Assembly (NCBI GenBank): GCA_030390025.1
Contig: CM059431.1
Span: forward strand, 126,916,001-126,980,000
Direction: 5' to 3'
DNA: 64,000 bases
DNA from: Squalus acanthias
Lineage: Eukaryota
Of this stretch, positions 12,079-22,131 are shown one piece after another. Below the pieces are notes generated by a model. It saw nothing but the letters and a program-made list of their open reading frames with translations. It had not been told where the DNA came from and searched no databases. Position numbers and translations under genes: made by a program. Within the stretch, counting starts at the first letter, position 1; each line of letters starts with the position of its first letter.

Positions 12079-13383
12079 TAAAACTACAGGAAATAGTTAC
12101 TTGTATATGTCATGGAAATACGCGAGTCAGCTGAACCTCTCTAGCTGTTGGGTCTGCTCCGGAGCCCCGCCAAATTCCGAGGAAGGAATTCCGGTGAAAC
12201 CCGTGCCTTTTAATTACTCGGAAATGGCATCCGGAAATGATAACGGTATCAATAGCAAGGGGGAGGATATAAGCCAGGTGAAGAAGCAATGGGAGGCAGC
12301 AGGGTATGACCCAGATCGGTTCAGAGGGTGGTATCTTCCCAAGTACACTAACACACAGGAACCTCCATTTTTGACCCTCAAGGAAGAAGTGGAAGGAATA
12401 ATTTGTATAACAAGGGAAGGAGCGGGAAGGGATATGGGACGCAGTAAATGTTGCCAACATGTCAGTATGACACGAGCCCAAGACGGGCCAGTGTTCACCG
12501 CAACGTATCTAACTGTCCCCCTTGATAACGGCACGGAAGGGAACACTATCATACCGTGGGTAACGGACGAATCCCGGACATGTGCCTATAATGGCACATA
12601 TTTTATATGCGGTGAAAGGGCATACCCCTGGCTGCCATTCAGCTGGAGAGGATCATGTTACCTCGGCTATGTACAGCCATATGTAATCCACCACAAAACC
12701 CTAACCGATGCCCAACAAGCGGTCCCAATGGGCAGGAGCAAACGGGCGGTGCAAACCTGGAAAAAGGTTATGACCATAATGTGGCCTTTCTATGGGGTAC
12801 ATAGAACCATTTTAGAAACGGACCAATTAAATACATTATTGGAACAATTGGCCAATGATACGGCTGGGATGGCCAGATCAATAAATGAAGAATTGGTAGC
12901 TGTACGTACTGTCGCAATGCAGAACCGGATAGCCCTAGATTATGTATTAGCAAAGGAAGGAGGGACGTGTGCCATAATAGGACCAACATGCTGCACTTAC
13001 ATTCCAGATGATTCAGAAGAGATTGAGGGGTAGAAATTAGGTCGCGCCCCATTTGGGGCGCAAATATCGTCCGAGCGCAAATATTAGCGCCTGGCGCTAA
13101 TTATCGGCACTGACAGGAAACTTCACTTTTACCGCCCCGGGAGGTGAGTGGAGCGCTAAATTAGGCGCTGCACACCTCTCTTAAGGCGCAAAGGCCTAGG
13201 AGTGAGGCGCTACCTCAGCGCACGAGCGCAGCGCAGCTGCTGCCAGTTAGCGAGGGAACACAGACACACTGGCGCCGGACACTTCTTAAAGCGGGGGGGG
13301 CCACTTGCTCCCCAGCCACACCCTGCTCATTGCAGCCTTGAATCTCAGCCTGGAGAGACCTGTAATCCATTTTGCTGCCAAGC

Positions 13384-15314
13384 ATGGAGAGGGTGAGAGA
13401 ACGCGCTCATCGCTTCACCGAGCGGGCCTTGGATGCTCTGGTTGGCGCAGTGGAGCGCAGACGATGCATGCTGTTCCCGGAGAGTGGCAGGAGGCCTTTG
13501 CCACGCGAGTTCAGAAGAGTGTGGAGGGAGGTGGCTCAGAGCGTCTCCTCCAGGAGCATGGTGCCCAGGACCCATGTTCAGTGCCGCAAAAAATTCAACG
13601 ACCTCACTCGGGTCGTCAGGGTGAGTGGCTTTTTCACAATACCTCTCCATCCCTCCATCTCAACCTCACTATATGGCCAGAGGGTCTTAAAACCCCAATG
13701 CACAACACTCATGCAACACCTATGGCCCTTTCATCAAACACACACACACATTCCACACTTTGCATACAGTAAGGGCTATTCACCTATGGGAGGCACATCA
13801 GGCAAGACCATGGCTGCATATTGTAAGGGCTATTCACCTATGGGAGGCACATCAGGCAAGACCATGGCTGCATATTGTAAGGGCTATTCACCTATGGGAG
13901 GCACATCAGGCAAGACCATGGCTGCATATTGTAAGGGCTATTCACCTATGGGAGGCACATCAGGCAAGACTATGGCTGCATATTTACTCAGATGCTGTCC
14001 TTTTTCTTGCAGGCTAAGCTGGCTCATAATCGGAGACAGCAGCAACGGACGGGTGGAGGGCGGCTTCAGCTGCAACCCCTCAGCGATCTGGAGGAGCGCG
14101 TCCACAGGATTGTGGCAAGCCGGGTGATCGGTCCCGTCGCCACTGGGGACGCCGACCCCGTTGTGGACAGCAATGGTAAGGTCATCACCTTTTTGTCCTC
14201 TGTCCTTCCACTTGTCCCTCACAATAGCAGCCTTTGACACTTTCAATCCAACTTGCTAACTCGCTGCACTTATTCCTCCCTTACTGCCACCCTGTCCTCA
14301 CGCTAAAGCCACTCTTGTACCTCCCTGCTTTCAGATGGTGATTCACCAGCTGAGGAGATGGTCCCTGAAGCTGCCACTGGGAGTGATGCTGCAGCTGAGG
14401 AGGAAGAGGAAGCCGGAGCATCAGTGCCACCCTCTCCCGAGGAAGCCCATGGCCACACTGGGAACACGCCTTCCCCGGAGGGGAGCAGGGGGGAAGGGGC
14501 TGATGATGGTGAAGCTCCAGGACCCAGCGGGCTGCAGCAACGCCATGGGGGGGGGAGGGAAGAACGGGAGCCTTCTCCCCAGAGGGAGAGTATGCCAGAT
14601 ACTCCTACTGCAATGGACGCAGAGGAGGAGCGGCTGATTGCAGAAATGAACAGCCAGGCGGTGGGCATGCACACTGAGCTCATGGGTGCAGTGGGAAGGG
14701 TGCCCGAATGCATTGAGGCACTGGCAAGGAGTGTGGAGCACTTCGCTGTAGCACAGGCGGATGCCACACTAAAGCTTAGTGCTGCAATTCAGTCACTGGC
14801 TGCCAGGAACCCATCTGAGACTGCTCTCATGCAGACTCAGATTGAGGCCACGCGAGCACTGACTGCTGCCATCCTCGATGGTTCGTGCACATGTCCCCGG
14901 GGCTGTCACCGCGCCGCAGCAGGCCAGCAATCTGTTCTCCGGCAAATTGCTCCGGATGCTGAAGTGCTGCCTCGTGGGAGTGCCAGTGTGTCGGGCGAGC
15001 AGGGAGTTGCTGTCCTCTCTCACGATGACAGCATTCCTGCTGCCAACACTGTCACTTCTCCACTGCACTTGCCACCGCCTGTAGGACAGACTGCTGCCGC
15101 CCATGCAGAGTTGGTGCAGTCTGCAGCCGGGCCCTCCAGGCCCAGAAGTGGTCGAGGCCGTCCTTCAGGGGCATCTGCAGTGTCAGGGTCTGACGAGCAG
15201 CAGCCTTCCACCAGCCTTGCTGCAGCCACTGAGGTCCCATTACGGAGGAGCAGTAGGGTTAGAAGGGGGGAAGTGCGCAAGGGAAGGAGATCACCCTCGA
15301 AGGGCAAAAAGTAG
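13384..15314 (+). CDS. Harbinger Myb/SANT-like DNA-binding protein, 3 exons (13384-13620, 14013-14175, 14335-15314), 459 aa
   Basis: Trihelix pattern RFTERALDALV...WREVA...RTHVQCRKKFNDL. Canonical GT-AG introns with compatible phases (0 and 1). Basic C-terminus. Confidence 0.9.
13769..13984 (+). repeat. 54-bp tandem repeat x4 in intron 1 of the Myb gene
   Basis: Unit GTAAGGGCTATTCACCTATGGGAGGCACATCAGGCAAGACCATGGCTGCATATT. Only two copies occur in Harb-1b (22517-22624). Confidence 0.95.
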
Positions 15315-15608
15315 GAGGTGTGCCAAAATGCTGGTCATTTTTTTATTAAAGGCCGAGGTTCATGGCCCAACTTTTGTTTAGTGTTTTGGACATTATCTCC
15401 AGGTTGTGAGAACCAGTTATGTTATTGACTGTTTTTTTGTGTTTATTTCTATGAGTTTGTCATGAGGAATTGACACACACAGAGTTTGTACAATAAATAA
15501 GTTTCTGTGTTCAAAATATACATGGCTGGTGGTTGGAATTATTGGTGCCTTGGCCGGCTTAGGGGTTGCGTGCTGGGTTGATTCGTGTTTGTAGCAATGG
15601 CAGGGGCC

Positions 15609-16769
15609 CTAGAAGCGGCTTGCTATTAGTCGTTGACGGACGGCCCTTGCAGTTTGAACATTGTGGGCCGCCCTCCTGCCTTGGTGCTGCTGATGATCAT
15701 CGTCCTCGTCCTGTTCCTCCTCTTCCTCCTCCTCCTCTTGTGGTGCTGCAAGGCCTGGTGGCATTGGCTGCGTCCTGAGGATTGCCATGTTGTGCAACAT
15801 GCAGCACACGACTACGAAGTTCGAAACTTGCTCAGGCGAGTACTGCAGGGCTCCTCCGGAATGGTCCAGACAGCGGAATCGTTGTTTCAGCACGCCGATT
15901 GTGCGCTCAATAATGTTCCTGGTTGCTTGATGGCTTTCCTGGTACCGCAGCTCAGCAGGGGTGTTTGGCGCACGGAGCGGTGTCATCAGCCAGGTGCTCA
16001 ATGCGTACCCCTTGTCCCCCAGAAGCCAACCAACTGGCTGATGCGGTGCCTCGAAAATTTCTGCCACAGTACTCTGGCGCAGGATGAAAGCATCGTGGCA
16101 GCTGCCCGGATAGTGGGCATTGACAGCGAGAATCACCTGTCTGTGGTCACAGACCAACTGCACATTCAAGGAATGGAACCCCTTTCTGTTCCTGAATTCC
16201 TCTGCATTCTCTCGCGGAGCACGCAAAGCCACATGCGTGCAGTCAATGGCGCCCTGCACCATGGGGAAGCCCGCTACCCTCGCAAAGCCCATAGCACTGT
16301 CATGCTGCTTGTCTGGGGTCATAGGGAAAGAGATGAAGTCTCGTCTCCTTCTGAAGAGGGCATTGGTGACCTGCCGGATGCAGCGATGCACCGCAAACTG
16401 GGAGATATTGGCGAGGTCCCCAACAGCAGCTTGGAATGAGCCAGTGGCGTAGAAGTTCAAAGCCACTGTGACCTTCACTGCCACCGACAGAGACGTCCTG
16501 GACCTCAGCTGAGGCTGCAGATCTGGCTGCAGCAGGTGGCAGAGCTCAGTGACCACCTCCTTGCTGAATCGCAGCCTTCGCAAACACAGCTCCTCGGACA
16601 TATGGATGTAGGAGAGCTGTTCACGATATACCCTGGGAGGGTAAGCTCTCCTGTACATGCGCCTGATGGCCCTCCTCCGTCTGGCCATCATTGCCACTCT
16701 CTGTCTGCGTCTCACTATCCTCCGATTGAGCTGGAGCAGGACGACGCCCCCAATCATTGCAGCCCCCAT
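15609..16769 (-). CDS. Harbinger (HARBI1-like) DDE transposase, 386 aa, intact
   Basis: HTH region plus catalytic motifs GAIDCTHV, LLGDKGY and IERTIG, then CCMLHN. No stops. Confidence 0.96.
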   Translation of the reverse strand: MGAAMIGGVVLLQLNRRIVRRRQRVAMMARRRRAIRRMYRRAYPPRVYREQLSYIHMSEELCLRRLRFSKEVVTELCHLLQPDLQPQLRSRTSLSVAVKVTVALNFYATGSFQAAVGDLANISQFAVHRCIRQVTNALFRRRRDFISFPMTPDKQHDSAMGFARVAGFPMVQGAIDCTHVALRAPRENAEEFRNRKGFHSLNVQLVCDHRQVILAVNAHYPGSCHDAFILRQSTVAEIFEAPHQPVGWLLGDKGYALSTWLMTPLRAPNTPAELRYQESHQATRNIIERTIGVLKQRFRCLDHSGGALQYSPEQVSNFVVVCCMLHNMAILRTQPMPPGLAAPQEEEEEEEEQDEDDDHQQHQGRRAAHNVQTARAVRQRLIASRF

Positions 16770-17975
16770 ATTCTCTTTGCCAGAAAAGTAATGAGGTACA
16801 GCAACTAAAGTAGCAGCAAAGTTAGGATGAACTAGGCCAAACTACCTCACAAAGCGTTGAGTCAATGTAGAAGTCTCTCTCTCTCTCTCTCCGAATCTCT
16901 CTCTCTCTCTCAGAACGAGTGGTGCATAAATGTCGACCACAGAAAAAGACAGGAAGAGGCCCCCTTTAAATAGCGCCCCCCCCAGCCCCACAGCGATTGA
17001 TAACGTTCCAGTCTTCCGGTCGTTGGAAGCGCCAGGCGGTAAGGCAGGGGGCGCCACTCAATTTCCGCTCCGGGGCGCCCCAAGGGCGTTGCACCATGGA
17101 ATGACGTCACAATCTGCGCGCGCAGGTGGTCGCAGCGGTAAGTTTTAGCGCCGCCGCACAATCTCAAGTTAAGTTCTCGAGCGGCGCAAACAGCGCTGCG
17201 CCCGGGCGTTAGCGGCTTAACGCCCCATTAGCGCCCTCTTAAGGCGCTAACGGGAGGCGCAACCAACTGAATTTTTCCCCCTGAGAACCTTGCAACCCAC
17301 ATACAAGAACAGGCAAGAAAAACTAGAAACTCCCCCACCTCTTCCTATTTTGGTGATTGGGGATCAGGATGGTTGGGGACGTTGGGCGCCTCAGTGGTAC
17401 AAGGCATAATGATATTCCTCGTGATTGTTGTTACAATATACTGTGTATTCTTGCTGCTCAAATGCCTCTGCACCAGATTAGGTAAAGCCAAGATTGGCGC
17501 CGTGGCAAACCATGAAAGAAAGGAAGATGAGGAGCCTCTCGCAGGAGATCCCTCAGTCACTCTTATGAGAATGGTGTAAGACCCGATCTATAGCCCTAAA
17601 ATTACAAGGAATGAATTGGACACGGTAATTAATAACCAGGCCGGCCAACCATAAGACGGGAGTGGCAGAAACAGGATTGGTGAGTGATGACAGTCTCGAA
17701 AGGATGCGTCACGCACCCACCGGGGGATGGAGGACGAGCTTGAACCAGAAGCTCAAACCATTGATGCAGGGCTCTGGGGCCCCGGGAATGGCAACATAAG
17801 AACAAAGACAAAAAAGACCACATATACCGCGTGGGGTGAAACCGGCTCATAAATTGGTTTATGTCATACCCATGTATAACCTAGACTGGTAGAAGGCCAG
17901 AGAGTGCACACTCGGGCAAACACCAGGCAACAGGAATACATGTTGACCTGTATTGGAACAGTTGTCCAATAGGTC

Positions 17976-17987
17976 AAAAGGGGGGAC
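17976..17987 (+). promoter_or_regulatory. Polypurine tract of ERV-A
   Basis: AAAAGGGGGGAC directly before the 3' LTR. Confidence 0.9.
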
Positions 17988-18465
17988 TGAAGTAAGATAT
18001 TAAAAAATTGGACATAACAAGGGCAAGACGGGCATGACTCATTTGCAGAAAAGCAGGCCTGTAACGAGATTAACAGAAGCAGGCCTATAACGAGATTAAC
18101 AGAAGCAGGCCTATAACGAGATTAACAGAAAACGGCTAGCACAGTTCTGGAAACCACATCATGGGCTAGCACAGCATTGTGTGTAAATTATGTGTTGTCT
18201 TTGTATAAACCGCCACCCTCGGATAATGAGTAAATGTGTAACTTTTAAAATTAATTGGATCTCCGTAAGGGTAAGGCAGAAATGTTGTATAAATATGTGT
18301 GCTTTGATTAGCTCGGTGGAGTTCGACTTACGCAGCGATGTAAGAGGTTCTCCCCAGGCCTGAATAAACCGTCGTGACTTCAATTACTTGGTCTGTCTTT
18401 CTTTCAACAAGCCAGTAGTGTCGACCTTGTATATCACTTGGTCTGCACTTTGGGGGCTTACTTCA
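17988..18465 (+). repeat. ERV-A 3' LTR (478 bp)
   Basis: Differs from the 5' LTR by 5 substitutions and one 2-bp indel (counted by eye). Confidence 0.97.
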
Positions 18466-19438
18466 ATATCCCCTGTATTTACCCATCCTAACCCGGTATT
18501 CCACATAGTTGCTACATTATTGAGCACACTGCGCTTTCTCCTCTGTGACGGCGATTTCAGGGTCTGAGGCTCCTCCCCTTTGTTCACTTGATTGCTATTT
18601 TCCTTCCAAAAGGTTTTTATTAACTGCACTTTTTTATCTCGTAACCAGTTTCTAGTGGGTTAATTGCAGCATGTCGGCAAGGCAAGACTAGACATATATA
18701 TAATAACCTCCCTCGCATCTAATACACAATCATGTAACATTAACAACTCACTCAGAACCAACACTAATCCGTTAATCGGAGCAGGGAATGGGATGGGGCA
18801 CTTTTCACTCCCTTCTTCAGGTGGCACTGGTTTCTCTTTCGCCTTTAATTGAATGGCTTCTTTGGACTGATCAGGACATTGAATATTATCATAACGATTT
18901 TCAATTTGAGGATCATCACGGGAGAAATTTCTGTTTACACACATTAGTGATTACTGTGTGATTACTTGACCAGAAATTTGTCCAACAGTAACTTGTCCCA
19001 TCAATTAACGGGGTAGCTACGATTCCTCTTGCCTTCCTCAGTCTCAGGTTATTTGTGGTCTCACCCGGTGCAAACCGGAGTTCTAGGATCGTCCCGTTTG
19101 GAGTAGTCTCATTTGAGCACTTTAAACAAATCCTTTGCCCCTCATGCACCCTCTGCTCCATTACTCTCACTGTCCAATTATAACATGTTATAGTTTGATT
19201 TTTAATTGTTACATTCATCTCATTTACAACAGAAAACCCTGTATCCAGTGAGGTTATGGTTCCATTGGTGCTGTTTCTGAGCTGCTGTGATTCCTGATAT
19301 AGTTCAATCCCATCCACTATGTGCATCAAAGCGCTCAATACGATTAGGAGTTTCCCCATCCTGGAGCTTCTGTAACATATAACACAGTTAATATTCACAT
19401 ACTCTTATTCACACATTCAACATGATTTCCTTTTTGGT

Positions 19439-19990
19439 TCACTCCCACCTCCTCCTGAGGTTGCTGATGTTGTTCCCAGTGTTGTGGGCGGCCCTCAAGT
19501 TCAATTCCTTTAAAGTTCCCCACAGGTCACTCAGGAATTTGTCCTGAGCCACCTCTTTAATTTGTTTATCAGTCAGAGTGAGGACCAACAGGTGTGTGGG
19601 GGTTCGCATGGGTCTCCCTGTTACCAATTCATGAGGGGAATGACCCGTTCCTTTGGATCTGTTACTGCGTATCCCCATAAGGATTAGGGAAAGTACCTTA
19701 TCCCACTTAGTGTACTGTTTGTTTAATTCCTCTCGCAGGGCAGACTGCAAAACGTATGGTTCATTCTCTCCACAATCCTCAATGATTGTGGGTTGTGGGT
19801 CACATGCCATTTCCCTTCAATTCCTAGCAGTTTCACAGTGGCTTGCATTACCTGACCTGTAAAATGACTTCCCTGGCCTGACCCTATCACGGAGGACATC
19901 CCCATCTGGAGAATACCCCTTCAACTAGGGTCTTGGCCGTCCATGAGGCTGTGGCCGACTTGCAAGGGAAGACTTCTACCCACCTGGTAA
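19439..19990 (-). pseudogene. ERV-B integrase remnant
   Basis: Frameshifted core motifs GQGSHFTGQV, HNPQS..IVERMNHT and WDKVLSLILMGIRS...TGHSPHELVTGRPMRTP. Confidence 0.9.
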
Positions 19991-22131
19991 TCTTGCACCG
20001 TTAACACTCATATGGCCCCCTGCTTAAAAAAAACAGACAATCCATTGCGGCTTTCTAACAGCGAAATGGGTTAATTCGTCAATTTACGATCCCCTTCTGT
20101 CAATGTGGGCAAACATCCACTCAAATTTAAAAACATAAAAATTTAACAATGCCCAAAATGTTTACAAAACCCACAGCTGGTTGTGGAGTTAAAACAGAGT
20201 CCACAGCTGCTTGTGAAAAGAGTTAACTTCTTTATTTTGCATTTCAAAAGAAGACAAACACAGACATCAATCACTGTCAGATTTTCTCACACAGCTTCTC
20301 ACAGCTTTCAAGTAAATCTTTACTTTTGCAAAGTCTTTGTACCTTTAAAATCTTTGTTGAGATCCTGATCAACTCACTTCAGCAGGTAAAAACATCAGAC
20401 ATCCTAAACATTCTGTGAAGCAACGCCACACAATAGCATTTCCTTTTTTATCCTGGTCACCCATACTTGGAATTGGTCAAGAATTTCAAAAAATTGTTGA
20501 TGTGATTGCCTCATGTTCGGAACTAGAGGCTTTCACACAATTTACACCAACCAGAATTTCACCGTGACAACAATAAAAGTCTGGTTTTAACCTCAATAAC
20601 TCCAATTCAATTCAAACCAATATTTTTAAACTAACCAGTATCACTTGAAAAACAAAGGAAGAAGCCACACTAACAAAGAAACATTCACACATGCTTTGCA
20701 GACGTTCAAATTCATTTTTCTTCCAGGCACATTGGCAACTGTAACTTCAAGGCTGAAGCTTATCTTTTGTAAAACAATTAACAAACTTTAATTGAAATCA
20801 ATTAACAAACTTAAAACAGCACATGCCTGTCCATCATTCAAGACAAGACTACAAAGGATTAAACAGCTTCAAGCTCGCAGTACAGAAAAGTGGGTGGAGC
20901 TGAAACACACACACCAGGCACTTTCTTTCAAGAAAACAGACTTACAGACAAAAGGATACTGTGACTTCTTAAAACTTATAGTCAGAAAAACTTCCACACT
21001 TTAACACAAACTTTCACACAAACTGAAGTTCCAACATCCTTTAAGGTTGGTTCCTTTCACTCAGCAAACCTTGTGTTTTATTTGTCTCGGCACAGACAAT
21101 AATAGCTTCGTGTCGGTAAAACTTTAATCTTCCCCTGTTTTTTCCCTCTCTTAAATTGCCTCAGCAACGTATTCTGTCTCCCTCCCTTTTCTGGCGGGGT
21201 TAACTTCATTTCTTCATCTTCATCCATTTCACTTACAGCTACTCTTTGTTTGACTGCAATGAAATGTCCTTGGAGTTCACCTCCCATTTTTAGTTTCCCT
21301 AAATCACCCACCATTTCTTTCAATGGCGTCGTGTTATATGGTATAATCATGTTGTAACACCCCCTCTGTTCTGCCCTCCGACAGGGGGACCAAATTTCTG
21401 CTGCCTCATAGGATTCATTGGCGGTGGGACCGGGGGTTCCGATACTTCTGGTGGGGTTCTCAAATCCCCGTATTGTGGTTCATCCTCAGACCACTTTCCT
21501 TCCCCCTCTACTTCCCCATCCATATCCCCTTCCTCTGGGATCATTAAGCATATTATCCCCTTCTCTACTGATAGCCGAGCTTTCAATCGCTCAATTTCCT
21601 CTTGGCATTTAGTGTGATCAGGTTCTCCCCCTTTTTGTTCCTGCAACACCTTAAATGCTGTTTTTACATTGCTTAACTCTTCCTCAGCCAAGGCTGCCTG
21701 CCGATGTTGCTTATGGCTTTCTTTCTGCCATTCATTAGCTCTTCGCGAACACTCCATCACCTGAGACTGTAAGGGGGAAAAATTAGGTCGCGCCCCGTTT
21801 GGGGCGCAAATATCGTCTGGACGCAAAAATTAGCGCCTGGCGCTAATTATCGCCACTGACTGTAAACTTCACTTTTACCGCTCCGGGAGGTGAGTGGAGC
21901 GCTAAATCAGGTGCTGCACACCTGTCTTAAGGCGCAAAGGCCGAGCAGTGAGGCGCTAACTCAGCGCGCGAGCGCAGCGCAGGTGCTGCCAGTTAGCGAG
22001 GGAACACAGACACACTGGCACCGGCCAGTTTTAAAGCGGGGGGGGGCCAACTTGCTCCCCAGCCACACCCTGCTCATTGCAGCCTTGAATCTCGGCCTGG
22101 AGAGACCTGTGAATCCATTTTGCTGCCAAGG

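Larger units (their letters stand above)
13027..17281. mobile_element. Harb-1a: apparently intact autonomous PIF/Harbinger transposon, 4255 bp
   Basis: TIRs GGGGTAGAAATT / AATTTTTCCCCC, 3-bp TSD TGA (13024-13026 and 17282-17284), and two convergent genes. Confidence 0.96.
11565..17579 (+). pseudogene. env: ERV-A gamma-type env (~432 aa when rebuilt from 11565-11620, 12079-13026, 17285-17579)
   Basis: Splice acceptor TTTCCACAG at ~11513, signal peptide MIKYLLIYGLIGLGVL, CWVC, furin site RSKR, ISD MQNRIALDYVLAKEGG, CX6CC (CAIIGPTCC), and TM anchor in ORF 17373..17579. Confidence 0.93.
7638..18465 (+). mobile_element. ERV-A: young provirus with internally deleted pol and gamma-type env
   Basis: LTRs about 99% identical, 9-bp terminal IR TGAAGTAAG/CTTACTTCA, 5-bp TSD ATATC (7633-7637 and 18466-18470), PBS, PPT, gag, pro-RT and env. 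Confidence 0.97.
4535..19359 (-). pseudogene. env: ERV-B env, frameshifted and split by three insertions (segments ~19359-18466, 7632-7551, 6388-5960, 5190-4535)
   Basis: Signal peptide MGKLLIVLSALMHIVDG and an N-glycan-rich SU. Furin site RRKR is followed by SVLNNVATMWNTGLGWVNTGDI, which continues MSLNYQLGKLREKVQQAL across the ERV-A site. Then a heptad region, a Cys-rich block (CQVTVVRSTQCTTIVYKEQGVYCWTT) and membrane-proximal SWWDLGFNRIDLAPWVRLCSQALLWLQLMCVIVLMW. Confidence 0.85.

Noticed and set aside
12071..13033. Truncated Env ORF as a secreted restriction factor
   Set aside because: The SINE separates the signal peptide and introduces an immediate stop (GTA GAA ACA TAG); the ORF start lies in SINE sequence.
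15609..16769. Host HARBI1 gene
   Set aside because: It lies within TIRs and a TSD with a partner Myb gene and has several paralogs in this window, so it is a transposon gene. No host symbol assigned.
13027..17281. Harb-1a carried as cargo inside the packaged ERV-A genome (virus-mediated transfer)
   Set aside because: Its Myb introns are in the viral sense yet retained, it adds internal poly(A) signals, and it breaks env. Insertion after integration is simpler. Only a second ERV-A locus with the same insert would revive the idea.
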